From: Roseibacillus sp.
GTDB lineage: Bacteria; Verrucomicrobiota; Verrucomicrobiia; Verrucomicrobiales; Akkermansiaceae
Length of the DNA: 64,000 bases
Reading direction: 5' to 3'
Assembly: GCA_965242925.1 (NCBI GenBank)
Contig: CBDEUM010000039.1
Location: 130,714-194,713 of the forward strand
Shown piece by piece: positions 21,271-31,355 of this stretch. Every line of letters starts with the position of its first letter. Position 1 is the first letter of the stretch. The notes below the pieces were generated by a model. That model worked only from the letters and a program-made list of their open reading frames with translations. It made no database searches and was not told the origin of the DNA. Position numbers and translations under genes: made by a program.

Positions 21271-22425
21271 TCAACCGGCCCAGTCCAATCCCTCCCCCAC
21301 CGGAGAAAGAACCTCGTGGCCGGTCGGGGTGACCAGAACCATGTCTTCGACTCTGACTCCGCCGAGGGTCGCCGAATACAATCCGGGCTCCACCGTGAAC
21401 ACCTCGCCAGCCAGAATACCACCCCCACCGTGGTCGAGAAGGATGGGCTCATGAACCTCCAGCCCGATCCCGTGACCGGTTCCGTGCCGCATGGAAGGGG
21501 TTTCGCATTCATTCCGTGCATCGCCGCGCACCAGAGAATAGCCATGTTCTTCAATCACGGCGGTGGTTGCCCGATGGACGGCCTCGCCGGTCGTTCCCGG
21601 CTTGAGCGCGACACACCCGGCCGCTTTCGCCTCGCAGACGGCGACGTGCATTCGCCGGAGTTCCTCGGACGGCGTCCCACAGACGACGGTTCGGGTCATG
21701 TCGCCATGGTAGCGCGTGGCGTTGTCCATCGGAAAGATGTCGATGATCACCGGGAGGTCCACCTTCAGCGGGCCCGCCCCGAAATGGTGGCAGTCGGCAA
21801 CGTGGGGAACAGTCACCACGATCGAATCGTGGGCGTTCGAAAAATTGCGGTCGATCAGGAAGGCCGTGATCATCGCGCGGACCCGTTCGGAACTCAGAAC
21901 CGCACCGTCGTGATGGAGTTCTCCATGCCGGTCCGGCGTGGCGTTTGAGATCAAACGACAGGCGTAGGTCATCGCGTCGCCGGTGATCTTCTGCGCGTGG
22001 CGCAAATGCTCGATCTCCCCGGGACGCTTGATACGACGCTCTTCAAACCCGAGGTTTTCCGAGTATTCGATCCCGAGGCCAGCCTGCAGGATGAAATGGG
22101 CATACAGGTAGGGTAAGGTCCGATCAACCGTAACCGAATGTTCCCCGGCACGCCGGAGGCATTCCGCTGCGGCCTGGGCCAGAGCCGTATCCCGGTCTCC
22201 CGAGAGTCCGCCTTCCGGTTCGAAGTCTGCCGCACAACAGATCCGGTCGGCCCGGACTTCCTTTCGCGCCCGATCCATTTCGATATCACGGACGATGAAG
22301 ATCGATGTTCCGTCCGCGAAATCCACGATCACTGCCGCATCCGGCGCCAGAAAGCGAATCCGGTGATAAAGGGTGGCGTTGTTCGCGGCGATCCCCGCGA
22401 GAACCGTGGTGGCATGGGAGACCAT
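21271..22425 (-). CDS. Xaa-Pro peptidase, M24 family
   Basis: DIFP..YHGDMTRT, HGTGHGIGLEVHE, TVEPGLY, GVRVED. Confidence 0.92.
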   Translation of the reverse strand: MVSHATTVLAGIAANNATLYHRIRFLAPDAAVIVDFADGTSIFIVRDIEMDRARKEVRADRICCAADFEPEGGLSGDRDTALAQAAAECLRRAGEHSVTVDRTLPYLYAHFILQAGLGIEYSENLGFEERRIKRPGEIEHLRHAQKITGDAMTYACRLISNATPDRHGELHHDGAVLSSERVRAMITAFLIDRNFSNAHDSIVVTVPHVADCHHFGAGPLKVDLPVIIDIFPMDNATRYHGDMTRTVVCGTPSEELRRMHVAVCEAKAAGCVALKPGTTGEAVHRATTAVIEEHGYSLVRGDARNECETPSMRHGTGHGIGLEVHEPILLDHGGGGILAGEVFTVEPGLYSATLGGVRVEDMVLVTPTGHEVLSPVGEGLDWAG

Positions 22426-22599
22426 GCAGCGAGGGAAGCAGGTAATCAATTGTCTGGAAACTGCATTTGCTCACCTCCGCAAATCAACCAGTCTCCCATC
22501 GTTGCAGGAGTGGCATTCTTCCGCCCCGGCAGCATCCGGGAAAAAACGGGCCCAGTTGCTTGTTGTGAACCCGCTCGCTTCCCGCTAACGAAGGGGTCC

Positions 22600-23937
22600 G
22601 TGGACAGGAACTTCCGCTCCCCGCTCACCCGCTACCTCGACCGGTCCCCGGACCTGGTCTTCTCCCTCTATGCCGTCGCGGCCGCCTTCACGGCCTACTT
22701 CTGCATGTACGCCTTCCGCAAGCCGTTTCTCGCCACGTCCTACGAGGACACCGAGCTCACAATCCGTCTCCTCGGCAAGTCCCTCGACCCCAAGACCATC
22801 TTCGCGATCTCCCAGATCATCGGCTACACTACCTCCAAGTACCTCGGCATGAAATTCTGTTCCGAGGCCCACCGGGACAGACTGTGGCTCTACCTCATCC
22901 TCCTCATCATGATGGCCTGGATGACCCTCCTTCTCTTCGCGGTCCTCCCTCCCTATCTTAAGATCCTGGCCATCTTCTGCAACGGCCTTCCCCTCGGCAT
23001 GGTCTGGGGTGTGGTGGTGCGCTACCTGGAAGGCCGCCACACCTCCGAGCTTCTGCTCGCCGGTCTCTCCTGCTCCTACATCCTCGCCAGCGGTGAGGTC
23101 AAAAGCGTGGGGGCCTGGCTGATGAAGGACCTCGGGGTGCACGAATTCTGGATGCCCTTCGCCACCGGGGCGATTTTCCTCCTTCCCTTTTTCCTGGCCG
23201 TCTTCCTCCTCTCCCGGCTCCCACCCCCCACCGAGGACGACATCCGCCTGCGCTCGGAACGCAACACCATGGGACGCAGTGAACGATGGAAATTCCTCAA
23301 GACCTTCCTCCCGGGCATGATCCTGCTGTGCCTCGCCTATTTCTTTCTCACCGCCTACCGCGACTTCCGGGACATCTACCAGAATGAACTGTTTGTCGAG
23401 ATGGGCATCACCGACTCCTCGGCCTTTTCCCGGACCGAACGCCCGATTGCGTTCGGGGTCATGGCCTCCCTCGTAGTCCTCTATTTTATCCGCAACAACC
23501 GCCTCGGCCTGATCGGGGCCTATGTCATCATGCTCGCCGGCCTCACCCTCATGGGAGGATCGACCCTCCTCTTCCAGGCGGGACAGATCGGGGGCGAAAC
23601 CTGGATGATCCTTTCCGGCCTCGGGGCCTACCTCGCTTACGTCCCCTACGGCAGCGTTCTCTTCGACCGCACCATTGCCTATACCCATTTCGCGGGCACC
23701 GCGGTCTTTGCCATCTATCTCACCGATGCCATCGGCTACACCGGTTCGGTGGGCATCCAGCTCTTCAAGGACCTTTTCCAGGCCGAGTCCTCCCGCCTCG
23801 ACTTCATGCTCGGGTTCACCAACTTCATGGCCATCCTTGGCTTCGTCCTCCTGCTCTTATCCCTGCTCTATTTCCTGCGGGTCAAGCCAGCTTCCGCCTC
23901 GCCAGAGGCGTCCCCGGATCCGGATTCCTCCGCCTGA
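22600..23937 (+). CDS. DUF5690 family MFS-like membrane transporter
   Basis: AAFTAYFCMYAFRKPF, NGLPLGMVWG..YLEGR, RDFRD; about 12 hydrophobic segments; AAGGGG upstream of the GTG. Confidence 0.85.
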   Translation: MDRNFRSPLTRYLDRSPDLVFSLYAVAAAFTAYFCMYAFRKPFLATSYEDTELTIRLLGKSLDPKTIFAISQIIGYTTSKYLGMKFCSEAHRDRLWLYLILLIMMAWMTLLLFAVLPPYLKILAIFCNGLPLGMVWGVVVRYLEGRHTSELLLAGLSCSYILASGEVKSVGAWLMKDLGVHEFWMPFATGAIFLLPFFLAVFLLSRLPPPTEDDIRLRSERNTMGRSERWKFLKTFLPGMILLCLAYFFLTAYRDFRDIYQNELFVEMGITDSSAFSRTERPIAFGVMASLVVLYFIRNNRLGLIGAYVIMLAGLTLMGGSTLLFQAGQIGGETWMILSGLGAYLAYVPYGSVLFDRTIAYTHFAGTAVFAIYLTDAIGYTGSVGIQLFKDLFQAESSRLDFMLGFTNFMAILGFVLLLLSLLYFLRVKPASASPEASPDPDSSA

Positions 23938-23960
23938 TCCTACGGGTCCGGTCCGCCGGA

Positions 23961-25025
23961 TCAATCGTCCTCCCGGGGACGGACCGCCACCCGGAAGTGC
24001 TCTCCCGGTAGCGCGCTCTCAACAGCATCGTCAATCCGGGCCAGAGGGTAGCTGGCTCCCACCAACGCTCGAAAGGGAAACTGTTCATGGGCCTTCGCCA
24101 GGAACGCAAAGGCCTCCACCAGGTCCGCTGGCGTGTAATTATGGACCCCTTCAATCCGCAGGAGTCGGCGTACCAGTTCATCGGCCTGCACCGAGAGCGC
24201 CCGGGTCGGGAACACCGACCCAACGAGGATAACACGCCCTCCGATCCTGACCTGGCTCACGGCCTCCTCAACGGCCTCCGGAGCCCCCGAGAGATCCATG
24301 ACGAGATCGGCCCCGCGGCCCTCGGTCAACCCAGGCAGATCAGCGGCGGTCACCGGGTCAGCCCCGAACTGCTCCGCCTGTCGCCGGCGGTCCTCGCGGG
24401 GATCGCTCACGATCACATGGCGTGCGCCCCGGACCCTCGCCATCGCGGCGGCGGTCAGCCCCAGCATCCCGGCCCCGTGAATCAAAACCGTCTGATCACC
24501 ACACGGACCTGCCGCCCGGAAGGCGGCCGCCACCGTCGCGGTCGCACAGTTGGCCGGACTGGCGACCTCATCCGGTAGCCCGGTCGGGATCTTCACGATG
24601 CTTGTTCCCTGTGCCAGGAGGCAATGGGTCGCCAGGCCCCCGCTGAGAGGATGCCTATCGCTGAGTTGCTGGTGGCCGTACTTGAACAGGGCCTCACATT
24701 TCTGTGGCAACCCCTCGCGGCAGAAGAAACAGGTCCCACAGGACGCCGCCAGGGACCAGCTCACCCGGTCTCCCACCTCCAGCGAAACTCCCGCCTCATC
24801 GTGCAGGTCACCGCCCAGGGAACTGATCCACCCCACCATTTCGTGGCCAAGGATGGAGGGCGTTTCAACCGGTCGGTCACCCCGGATGGAATGCAGGTCA
24901 CTCCCACAGAGCGTGCAACACGAAATCTCCACCACGGCCTGCCCTTCCCCAGGGCACGGATCCTGAAAGGATCTCAGGCTCAATGGCTGGCCCGGACCCT
25001 CGAAAACGGCCGCTAGGGGAGGCAT
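23961..25025 (-). CDS. Zinc-dependent alcohol dehydrogenase, resembling the phosphonate-catabolism-associated HpnZ-type family
   Basis: CGSDLH, GHE, CGTCFFC..QKC, PANCATAT, GAGMLG, GVHNY. Confidence 0.85.
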   Translation of the reverse strand: MPPLAAVFEGPGQPLSLRSFQDPCPGEGQAVVEISCCTLCGSDLHSIRGDRPVETPSILGHEMVGWISSLGGDLHDEAGVSLEVGDRVSWSLAASCGTCFFCREGLPQKCEALFKYGHQQLSDRHPLSGGLATHCLLAQGTSIVKIPTGLPDEVASPANCATATVAAAFRAAGPCGDQTVLIHGAGMLGLTAAAMARVRGARHVIVSDPREDRRRQAEQFGADPVTAADLPGLTEGRGADLVMDLSGAPEAVEEAVSQVRIGGRVILVGSVFPTRALSVQADELVRRLLRIEGVHNYTPADLVEAFAFLAKAHEQFPFRALVGASYPLARIDDAVESALPGEHFRVAVRPREDD

Positions 25026-25338
25026 GGCAACGTGACGGATTCAAATCGGCGCCCAACTCGACAATCCCGTCGAAACGGGCACCACAGCACTTTGAGAACT
25101 GGTCAGATTGGATACCAGCTCAGCAGGCGAAACCGAACTTATTCTGCCGCGATCTCGAATGCACGGCAAGCGGGGGAGAAGAGAGTCATTCCATCATGAC
25201 GATCAATCGCACCAGGGCGCCGCGGGGCGGCGCGGAGGAGTTTCAGAAAGCCCGGGCTGAAAAAGGGATTTCTGGTAGTAACTTTTGTCTGTTGCTCCTT
25301 CTCAGACTAAATCAAAGTGCCCTTAATCCACAAAATCC

Positions 25339-26910
25339 ATGAACACTCCCCGAGCGAAAATCCTGCCCCTCTCACACAGTTCCCTTTGCATTGCCTCTGC
25401 CTTTCTCCTGGCCTTGACCTCCGTCGTAACGGTCCCGGCACAGGGAGAACCACCCAGCATCGAAGCGGTATTCACTTCTTCCAAGCCGATTCTGGACGCC
25501 AGGATCGACCCCGGGGAGTGGGATTCCGCCGAGCCATCCATCATCGAGCACCTCCTGCGTGCACCCGAAGGATCCAAGCCAGCACCGCACTATCAGTTCC
25601 GCCTCCTATGGGACGCTGAGGCTCTCTATGTCCTCTTCGAAACCAACCTCACCAACTGGCCGGGGGGCACCAGTGGATTCGGTGGCAACAACAACCTCAA
25701 TTTCTACATCGATCCAGATAATGACGACGAACCGAACGGCAACGGCGGAAACTTGTTCGATGGCTACCATCCCGTCATCTACCCGGACATCGGAAAGACG
25801 AGCCGCTTCGATCGATCATTTGACCCCGGATTCCGATCGGCATTTCACGAAGCGAGCATCAACGCCAATTTCGGCGGGAGCAACTGGCCGGCGGGTTCGT
25901 CCCAGGAGGAGGGGGTGGCCATCGACTATGTCTCCGAAGTCGGCGCCAACGGCGGAGTCATCGAACTTTGTTTCCCGTGGGCGATTTTTGATTCCGAAGC
26001 CGGAACCGACATGGAGATCTACCACCCAGACCCCCCTGAAGTGGGTGACAGCTGGTTCCTGAATATCTGCATGATCAGTGCCCTGGGCGACCTCCCGACC
26101 TGGAGTTGGAATACGGGCCAGTTCTTTGCGGAGCGCCCCCACGGGGTGATCACCTTCGTCGCAGATCCAGTGCGCGCACCGCTCTTCGTCTCCCACGACG
26201 CCGTGGCAGACACGGTTACCCTCAGCTGGGACAGTCAACCGTTCAAGCTCTACAACCTGCGCAGCGAGACCGACCCCGCTGTGGGCCTGCCCGTGAGCTG
26301 GCCCATCTTCGGCGGTCACGAGAACGTCGTCGCCACTCCCCCCAGGAACAGCGTGACCTTCCCCCTGGACGGGGAGCCAACCCGGTTGTTCGCGGTGGAA
26401 GAGTTTCCCGCTCCACCCGAAATCATTTTCTCCGCCGACTTTGAAGACGGCGGAACGGGGTGGCAAACCGACTCCACTGGTGAAGCCGGCACCGTCTGGG
26501 AGATTGGAACCTCGACCCTCTACGAGGCGCACGGGGGACTGAACTTCGCGGGAACAAATCTGAATGGAGAATTCGAAATGGATGCCAACGTCGTCCTGCG
26601 TTCGCCGGCCATTGATCTCTCCCAGGTCCCCCCGGAGATCGGTGCCACCCTGCAGTATCACCAGATCGTAGACACCGATGGAATCGGCGACTTCGGCACC
26701 GTGACGATTCTCGACGCAACAGACGACACGATCCTGGCCGTCCTGGATGACTTCGTGAGTGACTTCGACCTCAGCTGGAAGTCAGAGAGCTACAGTCTGC
26801 CAGTGGAAGCGCTCGGGAAGACCGTGGTGATCGAGTTCCGCTTCCAGTCCGACAATATCGAGACCTTTACGGGATGGTATATCGACGAGGTGGAGTTGAC
26901 CATGCCGTAG
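25339..26910 (+). CDS. Secreted CBM9/DOMON-like sugar-binding protein with shared C-terminal module and jelly-roll domain
   Basis: Signal peptide; PILDARIDPGEW..FRLLWDAEALYVLFE; C-terminal FSADFEDG..GWYIDEV. Confidence 0.75.
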   Translation: MNTPRAKILPLSHSSLCIASAFLLALTSVVTVPAQGEPPSIEAVFTSSKPILDARIDPGEWDSAEPSIIEHLLRAPEGSKPAPHYQFRLLWDAEALYVLFETNLTNWPGGTSGFGGNNNLNFYIDPDNDDEPNGNGGNLFDGYHPVIYPDIGKTSRFDRSFDPGFRSAFHEASINANFGGSNWPAGSSQEEGVAIDYVSEVGANGGVIELCFPWAIFDSEAGTDMEIYHPDPPEVGDSWFLNICMISALGDLPTWSWNTGQFFAERPHGVITFVADPVRAPLFVSHDAVADTVTLSWDSQPFKLYNLRSETDPAVGLPVSWPIFGGHENVVATPPRNSVTFPLDGEPTRLFAVEEFPAPPEIIFSADFEDGGTGWQTDSTGEAGTVWEIGTSTLYEAHGGLNFAGTNLNGEFEMDANVVLRSPAIDLSQVPPEIGATLQYHQIVDTDGIGDFGTVTILDATDDTILAVLDDFVSDFDLSWKSESYSLPVEALGKTVVIEFRFQSDNIETFTGWYIDEVELTMP

Positions 26911-27075
26911 CAGCTATCCTGCTCGCCGATTGGACAAACAGGATCCACAGGGCGCACCCCCTCACAGGCCTCCGGGTAGTCGACTGGAAAAAGGAACTGC
27001 CCGGCAGTTACTTCAATAGGGAAAACATGCTCCCGCCGGTGGTTGCATCCGGGTGCACCGCCGCCAGGAAGCGGA

Positions 27076-27957
27076 CTACTTGTCAGATGTCGGCGGCACG
27101 CCTGCTCCGGCCGGCTGGATTGCCGGAACGGGTGTGTCGCTCAACAGTTTCCTGAGCGTCGGCATGACAGCCTTTGACCAGGCGTCGGCGCCAGCGGGAC
27201 TGGGGTGAAGCAGGTCCCACATCAGTTCCGTATTGATGCTGCCATCGGGTTGGAGAAAGACGTGGTTGACGTCCAGCCAGAAGACTTTTTTACCGTCCGC
27301 CAGCCGGCTGGTGAGTTCGCCCGCACGACGACAGGCCTCAATACACTTGGCCGACGAATTGAATGCTGGCGGACTGACGCCTTCCTCATCATCACCACCG
27401 CGAGGAAAGATCCTCAGCACCAGGATCTTTGTCCCTGGGTGACGTTTCCGGATCGTTCCCACGATCGCCTTGGTGCCGGCGAAGACCTGCTCAGCGGTGT
27501 GGACTTTCTTGAAATGACGATCGTCGGTATTGTTGGTGCCGATCAGGAGCATGACCACTTTGGGCGCTCGCTTGAAGTCGAGTTCACCATTCTGCAGGTT
27601 CCAGAGAATCTGTTCGGTCCGATAACCGTTGTGCCCGAGGTTGATGGCGTTGAGGGGGGCGAAGTGTCTGTTCCAGACGTCCTTCATCGGCTCGTACTTG
27701 CCCCCCAGTTCACCGATTGTGTGAGTGATCGAGTCGCCGACGAGAACCACGTCATAACTCCCGTCTCCAGCCGCCTTCACTTTCTGATCGTGCCGGGCAC
27801 TGGGCGACGGGCGAGGAAAGTCCGCATCACCGAGTTCAGGCATCCGGCATTTCATCTTAACCTCGGCACCCGCGGCGGAAACGTTCAGGAACAAAGGCAA
27901 GAGTGCGGCGGCAAAAAGCAGCATGTTTGTGGTTGGCATCAGGATAGACCTTCTCAT
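27076..27957 (-). CDS. Secreted GDSL/SGNH esterase (PAF-acetylhydrolase-like)
   Basis: LVGDSIT, NLGHNGYRTEQILW, IGTNN, DLLH. Confidence 0.9.
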   Translation of the reverse strand: MRRSILMPTTNMLLFAAALLPLFLNVSAAGAEVKMKCRMPELGDADFPRPSPSARHDQKVKAAGDGSYDVVLVGDSITHTIGELGGKYEPMKDVWNRHFAPLNAINLGHNGYRTEQILWNLQNGELDFKRAPKVVMLLIGTNNTDDRHFKKVHTAEQVFAGTKAIVGTIRKRHPGTKILVLRIFPRGGDDEEGVSPPAFNSSAKCIEACRRAGELTSRLADGKKVFWLDVNHVFLQPDGSINTELMWDLLHPSPAGADAWSKAVMPTLRKLLSDTPVPAIQPAGAGVPPTSDK

Positions 27958-28085
27958 GATGGGACCTGTTAGTAAACAGCCTGTAAGTTACAGTTTAGTG
28001 AGAAATTGCACCCGTTTTCAATGGGATTTCATTGCATGACAAGAATCCTCATAAGCACATTGATCCCGGTCATTGTGATCGTGGA

Positions 28086-31000
28086 ATGAACTATAAAAAT
28101 GCCAGTTCTTTTTTGTTCTTCCTCTTGGCAAGCCATGGGTTCGCCGCTCCCAAAGCGGATCTGGCCGGGCAGGCCGACTTCGAGGAATTCCGCGACCGCT
28201 TGCCCTGGATCTGGCAATCGCCCCGGCAGGTTGAGCTGCCCAAGGTAAAGGACCCGGCCTGGCCGACGGATGCGGTTGATCGCTTTGTGCTCCGGAAGCT
28301 GGAAGCTGAGAAGCTGAAACCCGCTGGACCGGCCAATGACCGGGTGTGGGTACGGCGCGTGTCCTTCGCTATCACCGGTTTGCCGCCGAAGCCGGAGGAT
28401 ATCCAGGCCTTCCTCAATGACACGTCCAAGAATCGCAAACGCACGCTTGTTCGCGCCCTGCTGGATTCTCCCCACTACGGCGAGCGCTGGGCACGTCATT
28501 GGATGGACCTCGTGCGCTATGCGGAATCGCGCGGACATGAAGGCGATTCCATCCTGCCCAATGCCTACCGGTATCGCGATTACCTGGTTCGCGCGTTCAA
28601 TGCGGATCTGCCCTACGATGCCCTGGTCACAGAACATCTCGCAGGCGACCTGTTGAAAAACCCGCGGCTGCATCCTGAAACGGGAGCCAACGAATCCATC
28701 CTTGCCACCGGTTGGCCCTTCTTTGGAGAGCTGAATCACGCCCCGGTGAATCTCCGTAAGGACGAATGCGAGCAAATCGACAACAAAGTCGATGTGATGA
28801 GCAAGACCTTCCTTGGCTTAACCGCGGCCTGCGCCCGCTGCCATGACCACAAGTTTGATGCCATACGGCAGCGCGACTACTATGCCATGGCGGGCTTTAT
28901 CCTTAGTTCCAGTTACCGCCAGGCTCGGTTTGAATCGATGGAACAGAACAAAGCGGTCGCGAAGAAGCTGGAAGCATTGCGACAGGACCACCTGCTGAAA
29001 ATCGCGAAAGCCTTTGCTGCAGCCGCGCGGCCGGTGGTCGATGCACTGGACGACGATGTGCCCGTCGAGCCGATCTCTACACCATTGCCCCGTTGGACGA
29101 GACTGATCATGGCAGTGGATCCGGGTTCCCAAGGCGAAGCTTGGTCCAAGCTTTCCTTTGATCACGCCAAGTGGAAAACCATGAAACTGCCCGGTCATTT
29201 TGAAAACGCCGGGTTGCCCGGCCACGATGGCGTGGTGTGGTTTCGAAAAACCATCGAATTGTCTGCTGGGCAGGCCAAGTCCAAGGCAGTCCTGAACCTC
29301 GGTCAAATCGATGACATGGACGTCACCTGGGTCAATGGCTCGAGGGTAGGAGGCTACGAGAATCCCGGCCACCATTACACGGTACGAAAGTATCCCGTTC
29401 CCACCGGTCTATTGAAAGCGGGCAAGAACACGATTGCCGTCCGTGTCATGGACCATGGCCTGCCCGGAGGCATCGCCGGCAAGCCGGAGCAGCTCGTCCT
29501 GCAGTTGGGGAAGGAAACCATTTCCCTCGCCAATACCTGGCATTTTTCCCCGGGTGCGAACCTGAAGACACTCAATGAACAGGCCCCCCTTGTCAGGCCC
29601 GAGCTTGCGACGACGCCCACATATCCAGTGGAAGGGAAGCATCAAATGGTGGCCGACTATACCCAGGGACATACACCCTGGCTGGTGGACGGGCCAACCT
29701 TTGGGCGATCTCCGATTCTTCCAGGCCAGTTGATGCTGATCACAGGCGATCAACCACTCGCACTGTCCCGCAACGGAGGCGCGATCCGTGATGCCTTCTG
29801 GAACAGGCTCAAGAACATCGACAGTGAAAACGATCCCGGAGGATTGCTGAATGGTTTGTCGCGAGCAGGTAAAACCATTCGTACCCCGACCGTAACCCTG
29901 GCCTCGGGCCAAGTTTACTACCTGATCAAGGGAAAGGCGGCAGTGTATGCCGCGATCAGTCAAAACCTTTTTGCCGGCCCCCTGCACGGAACCCTGGCCA
30001 AAACGGTGGAGGCAAAAAGCGACGCACCACAGTGGATCGGGCACAATCTCAAGCGCTATGTGGGTCAGCGCGTTCACTTCGAAATTTCTCCGGTCGGAGA
30101 TGCGCCTTTCGAGCTCCTTCAAGTCATCGATGGGGGAACCCCGAAGCAGGAGCTGGGAGAGAAGAAGTCGGTGGCCCGAAAAGAATTGCACCAGGCGCTC
30201 GATGATCTGGATGACGGCAGGCTGGAAGCGCGTCATGTACCCCACATAGCCTGGTTGCTCAAACTTGGAAAAGTGAACCTCCCCGACGAGTTATTAAAGT
30301 CCTGGCAATCAGCCCTCGAGGACCTGGCTAAAGAAGCGCGATGGGAATCACGGCTGGCGGTCAGCTGGTGGGGAGGCACCGGGGTAGATGAACACATCCT
30401 CGAGAGGGGTAGTCCCCAATCACCCGGGGAACGCGTCGGACGAAACCTACCTGAACTTCTCGCCATGGCCCCGTTGCAAAACCGAAGCCCCGGGCGCCTG
30501 GAGCTCGCCCGGAAGCTCACGGAAAAGGATCATCCGCTGACCTCCCGGGTCATGGTCAACCGCATCTGGCATCAGCTCTTCGGTCGCGGGATAGTCCCCA
30601 CACCAGACAACTTCGGCTGGCTGGGTCAGCGGCCGAGTCATCCGGAACTGCTTGATTACCTGTCCGTCGAGTTCGAAAAAAAACACTCCTACTCGATCAA
30701 GTCGTTGATCGAACGAATCGTGCTCACCAAAACCTTCGGGATGTCGAGCGCCGCGGCCTGCGCGGAAAAGGATCCGGACAATCGATGGCTGCACCGCATG
30801 CCGATGAGGCGGCTCGAGGCGGAAGCAATTCGCGACTCGGCCCTCGCTATTTCAGGCCGGCTGGACCGAAAGGTAGGAGGCAAATCGATCCCGGTACACC
30901 TGACCGAATTTGTTGTCGGTCGTGGCAAGCCCACAAAGAGCGGCCCCTTGGACGGTGCCGGTCGACGGTCCATCTATACTGCGCTGCGGCGCAACTTCAT

Positions 31001-31355
31001 CCCGACCCTCATGCTGACCTTCGATTTTCCTGCGCCCTTCACTACCGTGGGCAAACGGGATGTCACCAACGTTGCCGGCCAGTCCCTGGCCTTGATGAAT
31101 GACCGCTTTTTATATGAGCAGAGTAGCCTCTGGGCGGGGCGGATCATAAAGGAGCAGACGTCTGCGCCCGAACGCATCCGGCAAATGTATGCCGAGGCCT
31201 TTGCCCGTCCGCCCAGTGATGGCGAATTGGCGTCCTGCCTTGAGGCCCTCACTGCGTTTACCGGATTGTATGGGGGCGATTCCAACGGTCATGAGGCCTG
31301 GCGTGATCTCTGCCATTCTTTTTACAGCATGACCGATTTTATCTACCTGAAATGA
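28086..31355 (+). CDS. DUF1549/DUF1553 protein with an internal galactose-binding-like jelly-roll insert
   Basis: YGERWARHWMDLVRYAES, CARCHDHKFD, insert DGVVWFRK..LGQIDDMDVTWVNG..GKNTIAVRV, SRVMVNRIWHQLFG, terminal DFIYLK. Confidence 0.9.
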   Translation: MNYKNASSFLFFLLASHGFAAPKADLAGQADFEEFRDRLPWIWQSPRQVELPKVKDPAWPTDAVDRFVLRKLEAEKLKPAGPANDRVWVRRVSFAITGLPPKPEDIQAFLNDTSKNRKRTLVRALLDSPHYGERWARHWMDLVRYAESRGHEGDSILPNAYRYRDYLVRAFNADLPYDALVTEHLAGDLLKNPRLHPETGANESILATGWPFFGELNHAPVNLRKDECEQIDNKVDVMSKTFLGLTAACARCHDHKFDAIRQRDYYAMAGFILSSSYRQARFESMEQNKAVAKKLEALRQDHLLKIAKAFAAAARPVVDALDDDVPVEPISTPLPRWTRLIMAVDPGSQGEAWSKLSFDHAKWKTMKLPGHFENAGLPGHDGVVWFRKTIELSAGQAKSKAVLNLGQIDDMDVTWVNGSRVGGYENPGHHYTVRKYPVPTGLLKAGKNTIAVRVMDHGLPGGIAGKPEQLVLQLGKETISLANTWHFSPGANLKTLNEQAPLVRPELATTPTYPVEGKHQMVADYTQGHTPWLVDGPTFGRSPILPGQLMLITGDQPLALSRNGGAIRDAFWNRLKNIDSENDPGGLLNGLSRAGKTIRTPTVTLASGQVYYLIKGKAAVYAAISQNLFAGPLHGTLAKTVEAKSDAPQWIGHNLKRYVGQRVHFEISPVGDAPFELLQVIDGGTPKQELGEKKSVARKELHQALDDLDDGRLEARHVPHIAWLLKLGKVNLPDELLKSWQSALEDLAKEARWESRLAVSWWGGTGVDEHILERGSPQSPGERVGRNLPELLAMAPLQNRSPGRLELARKLTEKDHPLTSRVMVNRIWHQLFGRGIVPTPDNFGWLGQRPSHPELLDYLSVEFEKKHSYSIKSLIERIVLTKTFGMSSAAACAEKDPDNRWLHRMPMRRLEAEAIRDSALAISGRLDRKVGGKSIPVHLTEFVVGRGKPTKSGPLDGAGRRSIYTALRRNFIPTLMLTFDFPAPFTTVGKRDVTNVAGQSLALMNDRFLYEQSSLWAGRIIKEQTSAPERIRQMYAEAFARPPSDGELASCLEALTAFTGLYGGDSNGHEAWRDLCHSFYSMTDFIYLK

